Positions 26,223 through 36,943 of a stretch of 56,466 nt of DNA are shown one piece after another. Within the stretch, counting starts at the first letter, position 1, and every line of letters begins with the position of its first letter. This stretch comes from an uncultured Saprospiraceae bacterium (GTDB lineage: Bacteria; Bacteroidota; Bacteroidia; Bacteroidales; CAYLPA01), in the NCBI GenBank assembly GCA_964385385.1, contig CAYLPA010000001.1:1-56466 (forward strand), given 5' to 3'. The position numbers were made by a program, and so were the translations under genes. Under the pieces are notes generated by a model. That model had not been told where the DNA came from and ran no database searches. It saw nothing but the letters and a program-made list of their open reading frames with translations.

Positions 26223-28745
26223 TCAGAAATAAAATTGCATAGTAATCATTAAATTAAATTTATTAACATTTGGATGGTCCAAATATGATAATCTCCAAAC
26301 ACCATCTATTCTGAAAAACTTAAAAATATTTTCAATGCCAACCCCTGCTTCATAAAAAGGTTGATTAAGTTCATTTAGTTCAAAAGCTGATGAATTATAT
26401 TTCTTGTTTTTTTCTGAAAGTGCCCCAATAACTCCTTTTCCATAAATAACTTCTCTCCATTTTAATTTACGCATTAGCGGAATATGGTTCAAAAACAATC
26501 CGTCAAAATGATGAGAAAAATACACGCTTAAATATCTATCACTAACAAATTCATAGTAGTTCATAGTATTAAAAGAGTATTCATCAAAATAATAAGTTTC
26601 GTTTCCTTCGTGAAGTTTTAACAAAGGATATGGTAATTGTCCCCAAATTTTTCCTGCTTCAATAATATATTTCGACCAACCAAAACTTCCAATATTAAAC
26701 CAATGTTTAACTCTTAACTGAACTTTTTGATAATTATAATCACTACTCAAAACATCTTTAAAACCAAAGCTAAGTTGAACATCAAAAACAGGATATTTTG
26801 TTCCAAAACTAACTCTTTCAAATTCGCCCATCATAAACTTTTCTTTATAGGCAAAGTGTCCATCCAGCCTTATCTCTGAAGTTGTTATATGATTTTTGTT
26901 TGCTCCATCAAAATTAAAGTTAAAAGTATCGATGCCAACAGGGTAATTTACTCTATGTAAAAGGTATATTTTACTTGATAATCCTGTAATCCATTCATGC
27001 TCATAAAATCCTTTAAATTGCTCAACCATCGAAAGCTTACTAATAGGATTTCGTCTTAAGAAAGATGCAAGCAAATAATCTTCTCCCAAAGCACTCTGGC
27101 TAAGCCCTAATTGTTCAATATCATATTTATAATCAATGCCAAATGACCTTCTGGGATTTTTAGAAAGCATATATAAAAAACCACCACCATATTTGAATTT
27201 TTCATCTTTTGTTCCATAGGCTATGTGGGCAAGTAACATAATTTTTGTGCTAAATTTATTGCTTGACCTTCCTCCAACTCGTAAACGATAACCTTCCAAT
27301 TCATTAAAACTAATTAATGACATATAAGGACCTATCTCAAAATTTCCTTTAATATAATAGCTCGTAAAAATTGTTTGGGCGATATCATAGTAAGTATTGA
27401 AAAGTGGAACATTTTTAACAGAGTCGATAATATCATAAATGGTTTGCTCATCTTGTGTTAAACTATCGTGCCTTGCATCAACCCAAAATACTTTATCTTT
27501 ATTTAATGATACTTCATCAACTTGCACATGAACAGGGCTTGAGAAAATTTTATTATCTTTATCAATATTAAAATCAAATTTTTTATAGGATGTAGTTTTA
27601 TGACCAAAAAACCCAAATGTTCCTTTGGGTTCTTCAACAATATTAAAATCAATAACCACGCTTTCTTTTACAAGCATCCAATGTTTTCCATCAACTAATT
27701 CATATTCTTGTTCAGCAAACAAATCATTAATAAGGTTGATATTTGCATCATCGGCAATTTGCACATCTACTTTCTTTACTGCAAAACTTGTATCGCTTAT
27801 CCATAGAGAACCTGTGAATGTTAGCTCTTGTTTTCTGCGTGGTTTAAACATTAATTTATAACACCACTTATCTCCGATATATGTACTGTCAACCAAATAG
27901 TATTTGTAATAATTTAGAGATTGATTAGCAATTGGGCTGATAAAGTTTTTTTCAAAAAGCGTAATAAAATTATTATAGATATTAACTTTTTGATACATGT
28001 TTCCCAAATATTGAGAAAAGCTCTCATTCTCAACTCCAGATGCTTTTGAAGCTAATATTACTTCTCTCGAAGTTTGGGGACTTTTACGATGATAAAAATC
28101 CGATAAAGTTTCTACTAAGAATAAAGGCAAATATGCTTTTCCGTTAACAGTTGAAGTATCGAGATTATCGAAAACAAATTGAAACTGATTAAAAACTCTT
28201 CTCTTTCGGAACTTATCAGTAATATTATTTACATCAATTTGAATTTTATTATAAACTTCGTATTTATACTTTTCTAAATTATCACTATTATATTTTTTCT
28301 TGTTTTCTATCACCTTTTCCAATATTACTTCAGCAGGATTTCTTCCGGGTTTAATTACAACCTCCGAAAGAGTAATATTTTTAGGCGAAAGGATAAAATC
28401 TATTTTCTGAAATTGACGCTTTAGTATATGTTTCTTTTGAGTTAAATATCCAATATAAGATACAATCAGTGTGTCGGAAGGATGTTTTGTTTCTATAGAA
28501 TATTCACCGTTAAAATTTGTTGTTGCTCCAATTGAAGTTCCTTTAAGAATGACATTTACAAAAGGGATGGGTTCCTTTGTTAAAGAATCTGTTATTATGC
28601 CCATTATTTTTGTAAGCTGTGAAAATCCTGCAAATGGAACAATTGATAAAAATGTAATCAGTATATAAAAAAAATATTTTTTCCCCTTTTTCAATCTCAA
28701 CGTATTTAAATATCTAATAATTTTTTTACTTAAAATTTCTAACAA
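26223..28745 (-). CDS. Carboxypeptidase-regulatory-like domain + DUF5686 outer-membrane protein
   Basis: N-terminal signal followed by GIITDSLTKEPIPFVNVILKGTSIGATTNFNGEYSI (CarbopepD_reg), then a beta-rich region of about 700 aa ending in aromatic residues. 840 aa. Confidence 0.75.
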   Translation of the reverse strand: MLEILSKKIIRYLNTLRLKKGKKYFFYILITFLSIVPFAGFSQLTKIMGIITDSLTKEPIPFVNVILKGTSIGATTNFNGEYSIETKHPSDTLIVSYIGYLTQKKHILKRQFQKIDFILSPKNITLSEVVIKPGRNPAEVILEKVIENKKKYNSDNLEKYKYEVYNKIQIDVNNITDKFRKRRVFNQFQFVFDNLDTSTVNGKAYLPLFLVETLSDFYHRKSPQTSREVILASKASGVENESFSQYLGNMYQKVNIYNNFITLFEKNFISPIANQSLNYYKYYLVDSTYIGDKWCYKLMFKPRRKQELTFTGSLWISDTSFAVKKVDVQIADDANINLINDLFAEQEYELVDGKHWMLVKESVVIDFNIVEEPKGTFGFFGHKTTSYKKFDFNIDKDNKIFSSPVHVQVDEVSLNKDKVFWVDARHDSLTQDEQTIYDIIDSVKNVPLFNTYYDIAQTIFTSYYIKGNFEIGPYMSLISFNELEGYRLRVGGRSSNKFSTKIMLLAHIAYGTKDEKFKYGGGFLYMLSKNPRRSFGIDYKYDIEQLGLSQSALGEDYLLASFLRRNPISKLSMVEQFKGFYEHEWITGLSSKIYLLHRVNYPVGIDTFNFNFDGANKNHITTSEIRLDGHFAYKEKFMMGEFERVSFGTKYPVFDVQLSFGFKDVLSSDYNYQKVQLRVKHWFNIGSFGWSKYIIEAGKIWGQLPYPLLKLHEGNETYYFDEYSFNTMNYYEFVSDRYLSVYFSHHFDGLFLNHIPLMRKLKWREVIYGKGVIGALSEKNKKYNSSAFELNELNQPFYEAGVGIENIFKFFRIDGVWRLSYLDHPNVNKFNLMITMQFYF

Positions 28746-29568
28746 AACTTTTTATATCAATAATCGTGCTTTTTTGTTCTTCTAATATTTTACGGAATTT
28801 CTTCTCAGTATTTTTAATATTCCAATAAAAAATCAATTTCTCTTTTTTACTTAAATTCACTTTAGGAATATTAATATCTACTTCATGCGGATGAAGATAA
28901 ATAAACACATTATTTCCTTTATTATTTTTCTTAGAAATATTTTTGTTGATAAACCAAGCAGGAAAAAACCTAAGGAAAAAACCACCACTAAATCCAACAT
29001 TTTTCCCTAAAATATTTATTAAACTTTGAGGAATTTCAAGAACACTTTTTACTTTACCATCTATTACCGGAAAATGAACATTTGAAGGAAAGTCGGGCAA
29101 ACCATACAAATATGTTTTTGCAGGATAAACCGATGAAGAATATAAAAATCCGTTATCGTGAAGAACATCATAGAACCACTCCAAAATTTTCTCATTCACC
29201 GACCATGATGGAGCCCTAAAACCTATAACTTTTTCACCGATTAAATTTTCTAATACAGAGCTAGCTTTTTTTAAATCTTCATCAAATTCCTTTGAAGTCA
29301 TTTCATAAATCAATTTATGATTAAAGCTATGACATGCAATTTCATGCCCTGCATCGTGAATTTTTTTTATTATTTGTGGCTTTTCCTGAGCAAGTTTACC
29401 TAAAACAAAAAAAGTTGATTTAACATCATACTCATTACAAATATCAATCAACTTGTCAACGTTGGATTCTAAATTGCTTGTTTGATTACTAAACTGATTT
29501 AGGTCGAGACTCTTAAAATTGGCGTTATACCATTCCTCAATATCAAAAGTTAGAAAATTCTGTATCAT
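28726..29568 (-). CDS. Polysaccharide deacetylase family protein
   Basis: LTFDIEEWY, STFFVLG, GHEIA.HS..H motifs, 280 aa. Confidence 0.8.
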   Translation of the reverse strand: MIQNFLTFDIEEWYNANFKSLDLNQFSNQTSNLESNVDKLIDICNEYDVKSTFFVLGKLAQEKPQIIKKIHDAGHEIACHSFNHKLIYEMTSKEFDEDLKKASSVLENLIGEKVIGFRAPSWSVNEKILEWFYDVLHDNGFLYSSSVYPAKTYLYGLPDFPSNVHFPVIDGKVKSVLEIPQSLINILGKNVGFSGGFFLRFFPAWFINKNISKKNNKGNNVFIYLHPHEVDINIPKVNLSKKEKLIFYWNIKNTEKKFRKILEEQKSTIIDIKSFVRNFK

Positions 29569-29925
29569 CTTTTTTTATCTATACTTAAAACATATAATCC
29601 ACCACTAAAATAGTTCAATTAGTATTACTGCGAATATAGTCGAAATACCAAAATTCAATTACCAAAATTCAAATAATTTTCAATTTATCATCCCGATAAA
29701 TATCGGGACAATTTCTAAAACTATTTACATATTAAAAATCGATTTGCAAATATAGAGAGTTAATCTAAAACACTTCAATGAATTGCGTTGATTTAGCTTT
29801 TGCGTTATTTGAGTTTTTGAACATTGAAATTTGGAGTTTATTTGTTATTTGTTTTTTGCTATTTGGAATTTATTGAATATTAAAAATATTTTCATTTACA
29901 CTAAAACAATAGTAGAACCATTTAA

Positions 29926-30777
29926 TTAATAGGCATCAAAATCAATACACTGAAACTTCAAGGTTTCAGAATCTAAACTTACATTATTATTAGTCAAATC
30001 CTTAAAAATTAAATAAAGAGGAGATGGTTTTATTTTATCGGGGAAATTTACATAGGCTAATTTCTTCCAGTTTATCTTATCGTCAACTCCAATCCAAACT
30101 TTTACTTTATTAAAAATTGCTTTATTATTAATGGATATTTCATCGCAAATATTATTATCAAAAACACTTATTGTTGTATGAATTCCAAATTTTTTCGCTG
30201 GGGCTAAAATATATATTTGCCCATTTTTCTCTTTTATTTTATAATTAATTATGGGATTTAATAATCTCCATTTAATTGATTCCTTATCCCATAATCGCAT
30301 ATAACTATAATCATTATTTTGTTGCTCTTTATGCAATCCTAATCCGATTTTCACATCCAATGGTTTAATCAAATTAAAACCTAAATATTTTGTAAAGCCT
30401 TTAATACTATTTTCATTTGCAACACCAATCACAAATTTATATTCCTCTTTTGCAGCAAGTTTATAAGTCATTTCTGCCAATAAAGTAAATAATCTTTTGC
30501 CTCTATGGTCAGGATGTGTTGCAGTGTTTAAAGACAATAATCCCTTAGTTTCAACTCCCTTAATTCTGGATTTTATAGGCTGAGTAACATAATGTGCAAC
30601 TAAATTTTTATCATAATAAGCATTAAATCCAACTGCTTTTCCCTCAGGATTCTTATTATATTCCCAATCTAAATATTCAAAACTATTAGCATCAGTGTTT
30701 GGAAACACAAGTTTAAGCAAATCCGAAATCTCCTGAATTCCATCCTTTGATAAATCTAATTGTTTGAACTCATACAT
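29926..30777 (-). CDS. GNAT-family N-acetyltransferase-like protein
   Basis: HPDHRGKRLFT..L (acetyl-CoA binding R/Q-x-x-G-x-G/A-like motif), 283 aa. Confidence 0.55.
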   Translation of the reverse strand: MYEFKQLDLSKDGIQEISDLLKLVFPNTDANSFEYLDWEYNKNPEGKAVGFNAYYDKNLVAHYVTQPIKSRIKGVETKGLLSLNTATHPDHRGKRLFTLLAEMTYKLAAKEEYKFVIGVANENSIKGFTKYLGFNLIKPLDVKIGLGLHKEQQNNDYSYMRLWDKESIKWRLLNPIINYKIKEKNGQIYILAPAKKFGIHTTISVFDNNICDEISINNKAIFNKVKVWIGVDDKINWKKLAYVNFPDKIKPSPLYLIFKDLTNNNVSLDSETLKFQCIDFDAY

Positions 30778-30960
30778 ATTATTATGTTATTTGGCAGATA
30801 TTTATATTAAGAATTATGATAATCAAATTAATACAAACATATCTTATTGCAAATATAAAACAAATTAATGAGTATCAAAATTGACAATCACTGATTCTAC
30901 AATGATTTTTCTGTTTAATTAAAATTATTTGGCTAATATTTCATTTGAACAATTTATTAT

Positions 30961-30968
30961 TAAATTTG
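30961..30968 (+). promoter_or_regulatory. -7 box TAAATTTG upstream of the GT-C/TPR gene
   Basis: Exact TAnnTTTG match 28 nt before the ATG at 30997. Confidence 0.4.
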
Positions 30969-30996
30969 CTACTTAACTAAAAAATATCTTAAACAG

Positions 30997-33336
30997 ATGA
31001 AGGAAAAAAATATATTTATATTATTAGTTTTAAGCCTCCTAATATTATTAATTATTACTTATTGGAATCATTTTGATAATGATTTTCATTTTGATGATTC
31101 ACACACAATTCAAAACAATTTCTATATTCAGAAACTTAGTAATATTCCTCTGTTTTTCACTAAAGGTGCAGAGACCGTAAGCAATCTTCCTCCTAATCAA
31201 GTTTATAGACCATTTCTATCAACAACAATTGCAATCGATTATTGGATTAGCAGCAAACTGAGCCCCGAAGGTCATGGATTAGACACACATTTTTATCATC
31301 TTTCAATGTTTATTGTTTTTGTTATTCAATTGTTATTAATGTTTTTACTCTTTAAAAAGATTTTAGATAAAGTTTTACAAAACGATTGGAATAAATATCT
31401 TGCACTTTTTGCTGTTACATTCTATGCTTTCCACATGGTTAATGCCGAAACGATAAACTATATAATTTCCCGCTCCGACTCATACTCTACTTTTGCTGTT
31501 GTTTTATCTTTCGTAATTTATGCTTACTTCCCCCGAAAAAGAATTTATGGTTTGTTCCTGATTCCATTAATTTTTGGGCTTTTCACAAAGCTAACAGCAG
31601 CAATGTTTTTCCCTTTACTGATTGTTTATTTTATTTTGTTCGAGTATAAAGAATTAAAAAAAGAAGGAAATCTAAAAATTTATAAACAAACAATCTATAG
31701 CTTACTTTATACATTTGCAATTACCGCTATTATTACAATTTTAAACCTGATAATGTCATCTGACACATATAGTCCCGGTGGTCCAAGTCGATTGATTTAC
31801 TTAATAACTATGCCTTATGTGATATTTCATTATTTTATTTCCTTCTTTGTTCCTTACAGCCTTAGTGCAGATGCAGGTTGGGGATTTACTGAAAGTATTT
31901 GGAATTTTAAATTTATCATTGGATTTCTCTTCATTCTACTAATGTTATATGTAATTTACAGAACATATAAAAAACCCGAACAGCGTCCGATTGCATTTGG
32001 AATTTTATGGTTTTTTATTGCTCTTGTTCCCACATCAAGTTTAGTTCCTCTTGCTGAACCAATGAATGACCATAGAATGTTTTTTCCTTTCGTTGGTCTT
32101 GTGTTAAGTTTTTCATGGGCTATTGGTCTATTATTATATAGATGGAAAGAAAAAATTTCTAAAAGTTTTGCGTTGAAAAATACTATAATTCTCTTTGCTT
32201 TTCTAATAATTGGAGTCCATGCTTATGGCACTTCTATTAGAAATGCAGTTTGGGACAACGGAGAATCACTTTGGTATGATGTTACAATAAAAAGCCCAAA
32301 AAATGGACGCGGTTTAATGAACTATGGTTTAACACAAATGCGAAAAGGTGATAATGAAACTGCTTTAAAATATTTCGAAGAAGCCTTGATTTACAATCCT
32401 TATTATTCTTATTTACATGTTAATATTGGTGTTGTTAAAGATGCAATGGGCTTAACTGAAGAAGCAGAAACTTTTTACAAAAGTGCTATAAACTGTTCTT
32501 TTCAATTTCACCAATCATACTACTATTATGGCATATTTCTAAAAAACCATGGACGGAATAAAGAAGCTATCGAGAACTTTGAAAAAGCTGTAGAATATGA
32601 TCCTGGATTTATTTTTTCCATGTATAATTTAATGGAATTATACGCTGCCGACTATCAATGGGATAAGCTAAAAGATATATCGAATAAAGCACTACAATTA
32701 AATCCCGGAAACGAAACTGCAATTTATTACCTTGCATTATCTGAAGGAAAAAAATCAAAAGTTGAGACCTATCTCGATATAATTAAAAAAAATCCAACTG
32801 CTGATAATTATATTAATTTAAGTCTTGTTTATTATGAGAAAGGAGAATTCGAAAATTGTATCAAAGTTTGTGAAAAAGCTCTGGAACTGGACCCTAATTA
32901 TGTAAACGCTTACAATAATATTTGCTCAGCTTACAATTCTCTACAAAAATGGGACAAAGCAATTGAAGCATGCAATAAAGCATTACAGCTTATGCCGGAG
33001 CATAATTTAGCAAAAGGCAATCTTGAAAGAGCAAAAAAAATGAACGATTTAGAAAATACTTCATCAAAAAACCTAAACTATGATGAGTTGATTAATCTCA
33101 GTTTAACATACTATAACAAAGGTTTATACATGAAATGTGTTGAAGCATGTGAAAAAGCATTGAGATTAAAACCCAAAGATGCTACAGCATATAACAATAT
33201 TTGTTCAGCTTACAATGCTTTGCAAGAATGGGATAAAGCTATTGAAGCTTGTGAAAAAGCTGTAAAATATGCTCCAGATTTTGAATTAGCTAAGAATAAT
33301 TTAAAGTTGGCGAATGGGGGGAAAAATAAACAGTAA
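30997..33336 (+). CDS. Polytopic GT-C-type glycosyltransferase-like membrane protein (PMT/TMTC-like) with C-terminal TPR repeats
   Basis: About 10 TM segments with an N-terminal HFDDSHTI loop motif. The C-terminal 330 aa is TPR (AYNNICSAYN.LQ.WDKAIEAC.KA occurs twice). Confidence 0.7.
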   Translation: MKEKNIFILLVLSLLILLIITYWNHFDNDFHFDDSHTIQNNFYIQKLSNIPLFFTKGAETVSNLPPNQVYRPFLSTTIAIDYWISSKLSPEGHGLDTHFYHLSMFIVFVIQLLLMFLLFKKILDKVLQNDWNKYLALFAVTFYAFHMVNAETINYIISRSDSYSTFAVVLSFVIYAYFPRKRIYGLFLIPLIFGLFTKLTAAMFFPLLIVYFILFEYKELKKEGNLKIYKQTIYSLLYTFAITAIITILNLIMSSDTYSPGGPSRLIYLITMPYVIFHYFISFFVPYSLSADAGWGFTESIWNFKFIIGFLFILLMLYVIYRTYKKPEQRPIAFGILWFFIALVPTSSLVPLAEPMNDHRMFFPFVGLVLSFSWAIGLLLYRWKEKISKSFALKNTIILFAFLIIGVHAYGTSIRNAVWDNGESLWYDVTIKSPKNGRGLMNYGLTQMRKGDNETALKYFEEALIYNPYYSYLHVNIGVVKDAMGLTEEAETFYKSAINCSFQFHQSYYYYGIFLKNHGRNKEAIENFEKAVEYDPGFIFSMYNLMELYAADYQWDKLKDISNKALQLNPGNETAIYYLALSEGKKSKVETYLDIIKKNPTADNYINLSLVYYEKGEFENCIKVCEKALELDPNYVNAYNNICSAYNSLQKWDKAIEACNKALQLMPEHNLAKGNLERAKKMNDLENTSSKNLNYDELINLSLTYYNKGLYMKCVEACEKALRLKPKDATAYNNICSAYNALQEWDKAIEACEKAVKYAPDFELAKNNLKLANGGKNKQ

Positions 33337-33344
33337 ACAAATAT

Positions 33345-34019
33345 CTATTCTTTTTGTCCAGCCTTAATTGGTTTGTTTTGAGCAAAATTTATTGCAAATG
33401 ATTTAATTGTTATTTTAAATCCATTTTTGTTAATTCTTAACCATGCAAAATTTCTATTTTCTCCATAATCTATTGATAAACCCATATATTTATCACCAAT
33501 AAAATCAGCACCACCATAAGGTCCTCCCATATAATTTACATCATATAAAATAGTGGAGATATTATCCCATTGAAGTGTACTATCTATTAACTCACCTATT
33601 GTAAAATATTTAGGAATATTCCATTCTCCTATACCAGAAACAAAATTTTCAGAACTACTTCCATAAATACCAATAACGTAATTATAATTAACACAAGGAT
33701 GTGGACTAATGTTTTTATAAAAATGTCTTATTGTTATTTTAAAATCATTAACACCATTTGAATCAATATCAACATAAAAATCAACTGATCCATTTAAAGG
33801 GCTTGGAGTTTGACAGTTGGGATAAGAATTATAAAATGTATCAACTGAAGTTAACTCCACATAAGGTTGAAATTCTTTAAAGTAGATTTTATCGGGCTCA
33901 ATCATAGGATCATCTTTACAGGAAGTAATTGATAGAAATCCAATTACTAGTAAAAATAAGATTAGCTTTAGTTTAGAAGATTTATTTCGAAAATACATAA
34001 GCATCTTTAAATCACACAA
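33345..34019 (-). CDS. Lipoprotein, function unknown
   Basis: Signal plus lipobox (FLSITSCKDD), 224 aa. The start is uncertain among the first three Met codons. Confidence 0.65.
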   Translation of the reverse strand: MCDLKMLMYFRNKSSKLKLILFLLVIGFLSITSCKDDPMIEPDKIYFKEFQPYVELTSVDTFYNSYPNCQTPSPLNGSVDFYVDIDSNGVNDFKITIRHFYKNISPHPCVNYNYVIGIYGSSSENFVSGIGEWNIPKYFTIGELIDSTLQWDNISTILYDVNYMGGPYGGADFIGDKYMGLSIDYGENRNFAWLRINKNGFKITIKSFAINFAQNKPIKAGQKE

Positions 34020-34252
34020 ATTTACAAATATTTTCCAAACACTCTAATAATCAAAAGAAAATATTTTAAAAATTTAAAAATTGATTTTGATTTTTGTGAT
34101 TTAAAGTTTGCCTGAGTTAGGCACTTGAATACTTTTGTCTTTAATAATTTCTATTGCAACAATTTGCTTGAATAGCTTTAACTTCAATTCTGATGTATTT
34201 ATATCTTTAAATTTACACAGAAGAAAAATAATAAATAGTAATTATTTTTTTT

Positions 34253-34260
34253 TATATTTG
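34253..34260 (+). promoter_or_regulatory. -7 box TATATTTG upstream of the C10 peptidase gene
   Basis: Exact TAnnTTTG match 28 nt before the ATG at 34288. Confidence 0.45.
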
Positions 34261-34287
34261 CAGCAAAATCCACAAATTAACCTTTGT

Positions 34288-36027
34288 ATGACATATAAAA
34301 AATTCCTTTCGTTAGCTATAATAATATTATTTTTCAGTATAAATTTATTTGCCGGAAAAGTTAATATAAAAGATGCTCAAAAAGTTGCCATTAAAGTATT
34401 TACTGAAAAATCAACACAGCAAGCTTTAAGTTCTAAAAGTCTATCAATCACTAAAGAATATATTGAAAAATATCAAAACGAAGCAGTTTATTATATTTTT
34501 AATATTAACTCTAATGGCTTTGTGATTATTTCTGGAGATGATAAATTCTACCCTATTCTTGGCTTTTCATTTGAAGGAAATTATAATCCTAATGAACAAG
34601 CACCTGCTTTCACTGATTTGATGGAAGCATATAAAAACAGCATCATTCAAATAAGAAATTCAAAGGCTGCAACAGATAAAAAAACTAAGGATGCATGGAA
34701 ATATTATTTGTCAAACTCAACAAAAAAATCAAATACAAAAGAAAAAAATGTTCCTCCTTTAATCAAATCAAAATGGAATCAAGGCTCACATTATAATGAA
34801 ATGTGTCCTGCACATCCAGGCGGAACTAACGGACATTGCGTAACAGGGTGTATTGCAACTGCAATGGCTCAAATTATGTATTATTATAAATTCCCTGAAA
34901 AAGGTATTGGTACTCACTCATATTATCATCCTTATTATGTTAGCATTTCAGCAGATTTCGGAAACACAACATATCAATGGTCAAAAATGACAAACTCAAT
35001 AAATGCAGGCAGTACTAATGCTATAGCCGAATTAATGTTCCATTGTGGAGTTGCTTCAAATATGTATTACACACCCACTTATGCTTCATCTTCATCCTAT
35101 GCTGCTATTAATGGACTTAAACAATATTTTAATTATTCGAACCGTGCTAAATTAATTAATAAAGGAAATGCACCTGACAGTCTTTGGTGTGAAATGTTAA
35201 TCGCCGACCTTGATGATGCTAAACCTATTCTTTATAGAGGAAGTGGCTCAGCTGGTGGACATGCTTTTGTTTGTGATGGATATTATGGTGCTGATAAATT
35301 TCATTTTAATTGGGGTTGGGGTGGATATAATGACGGATACTTCCTTTTAAATAATATTGATTTTAACTACGGAATGGGTGCTATTGTTGACCTCGTACCT
35401 TACGACCATCCATATTGCTCAAACGCTAAAACCTTTACAAAAACATCAGGCTTTTTTGATGACGGAAGCGGACCATCAAAATATTGGAACAATACTGACT
35501 GTGAATGGCTGATATCACCAAGTAATGGAAAGCCTATATTTCTTATTTTTTATCAACTCAACACAGAATCAGGAAAAGATATTATTACAATTTATGATGG
35601 AGATAACATTTCCGCACCTGTTTTAGGTAGTTTTTCAGGCTCTACAATCCCTCCTATTCTTGTTTCAAGTGGAAGCAAAATGTTAATACGATTTACTACT
35701 GACGACAAGAATAATGATTTAGGCTGGACTATTGTTTATTCTTCGGAAACAGCAGGTTTAGAAACTGAAAATCATATTGAAAATGTTGAAATTTTTCCAA
35801 ATCCTGCTCATTCAATTTTAAATATTGAACTTACTTTAATCAAACCAACAAATACTATAACTAATATTTTTGACCTAAGCGGTAAAATTATTTATTCAGA
35901 AGAAAAACATAATCCGGTTGGAAAAATAAATAATTCAATCAACGTTTCATCACTGTCGAAAGGAATTTACTTTTTGAGAATTGTTAGTGATAATAGTGTT
36001 ATCAACAAAAAAGTTATTATTGAATAA
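34288..36027 (+). CDS. Secreted C10-family (streptopain/interpain-like) cysteine peptidase with a CUB-like domain and a T9SS C-terminal sorting domain
   Basis: Signal peptide from the ATG at 34288. WNQGSHYNEMCP....GCIATAMAQIMYYYKFP (catalytic Cys), GGHAFVCDGY (His), CUB-like CEWLISP...ITIYDG, and tail EIFPNPAHSILNI...KGIYFLRI. Confidence 0.85.
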   Translation: MTYKKFLSLAIIILFFSINLFAGKVNIKDAQKVAIKVFTEKSTQQALSSKSLSITKEYIEKYQNEAVYYIFNINSNGFVIISGDDKFYPILGFSFEGNYNPNEQAPAFTDLMEAYKNSIIQIRNSKAATDKKTKDAWKYYLSNSTKKSNTKEKNVPPLIKSKWNQGSHYNEMCPAHPGGTNGHCVTGCIATAMAQIMYYYKFPEKGIGTHSYYHPYYVSISADFGNTTYQWSKMTNSINAGSTNAIAELMFHCGVASNMYYTPTYASSSSYAAINGLKQYFNYSNRAKLINKGNAPDSLWCEMLIADLDDAKPILYRGSGSAGGHAFVCDGYYGADKFHFNWGWGGYNDGYFLLNNIDFNYGMGAIVDLVPYDHPYCSNAKTFTKTSGFFDDGSGPSKYWNNTDCEWLISPSNGKPIFLIFYQLNTESGKDIITIYDGDNISAPVLGSFSGSTIPPILVSSGSKMLIRFTTDDKNNDLGWTIVYSSETAGLETENHIENVEIFPNPAHSILNIELTLIKPTNTITNIFDLSGKIIYSEEKHNPVGKINNSINVSSLSKGIYFLRIVSDNSVINKKVIIE

Positions 36028-36061
36028 TATTAGATTTTTTAAAATTCTGAACACATTTATT

Positions 36062-36943
36062 TTATAAGACTTCTAAAGTTTCAAAACAGCTTTTCGGCTC
36101 TAAGTTAAATATTTTTAAATCCTTTTCAACATCTAATGATTTCATTTGTTTCAAGCCAAGAAGGTTCTCTTTGGAAACGGAAAACGAAATTCTAATAAAT
36201 TCAAAAAAGCATAATAAAATATTTGCGAAAAAATAGTGGAAATAAATCCAAATCACTTTCTTGTTTAATTTTTTTGCAACAGCTTTATAAAATGCTTTCA
36301 TTTTTATCGGCAACTTTTCTGCTATAGCATATTTCCCTGAAATATCATTTTTAAGTGCAAAGTCAATACATCTAACTAATTCATCAATATGAAGAGTTTG
36401 CAATGCTTGTTTGCCACCATCAATTAAAGGTATGAACTTATTTTTTTTGATAATACTTTCAATATTTTTAAATAATCCACCATTTCCGAGAACTAAACCC
36501 GGTTTTATTACAAGGTCAGAATTTTTATCAAATATTTTTTCAAGCTCAAACTTTGTTTTCCCATAATTTGACAAAGCATCTTTGTGAGCAGAAAAACTCG
36601 ATAAAAAGACAAATTTCTTTAATTTGTATTTCCTGCTTATTTCCAGCAATCTTTTTGTGCTTTCGATATTTATTCGGCTAGTATCATTATTTTTTGAACT
36701 TTTCAAATAAGCACAATGAATAATATAATCAGCATTTTCAAAACTTAATTCATCCACAGTTTTATTCATGTCATACTGAACATATTCAACATTTTCAATA
36801 GCAACTTTAACCGGAGAATATACAAAAGCGACCACTTTAAAATTTCTTTTACTAAAATAATTTATAAGTTCAAAACCTATAAATCCGTTTGCACCGGTTA
36901 TTATTATTTTCTTTTCCAAAAATTTAATTTTTATTATTTTCAA
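36062..36943 (-). CDS. NAD-dependent epimerase/dehydratase-family (SDR) protein
   Basis: IIITGANGFIGFEL Rossmann motif, 293 aa. Overlaps the upstream oxidoreductase gene by 20 nt. Confidence 0.8.
   Translation of the reverse strand: MKIIKIKFLEKKIIITGANGFIGFELINYFSKRNFKVVAFVYSPVKVAIENVEYVQYDMNKTVDELSFENADYIIHCAYLKSSKNNDTSRINIESTKRLLEISRKYKLKKFVFLSSFSAHKDALSNYGKTKFELEKIFDKNSDLVIKPGLVLGNGGLFKNIESIIKKNKFIPLIDGGKQALQTLHIDELVRCIDFALKNDISGKYAIAEKLPIKMKAFYKAVAKKLNKKVIWIYFHYFFANILLCFFEFIRISFSVSKENLLGLKQMKSLDVEKDLKIFNLEPKSCFETLEVL

Noticed and set aside
29641-29880. Direct repeat accaaaattcaa x2, hairpin tcccgataaatatcggga (29691-29708) and T/G-rich low-complexity tract between the deacetylase and GNAT genes
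   Set aside because: These look like generic REP-like or low-complexity intergenic sequence. I could not support any specific function or mobile-element structure from the sequence alone.
34135-34287. N-terminal extension of the C10 peptidase ORF (track start 34135)
   Set aside because: The extension has no signal peptide and overlaps the TATATTTG promoter box. The ATG at 34288 gives a canonical signal peptide.
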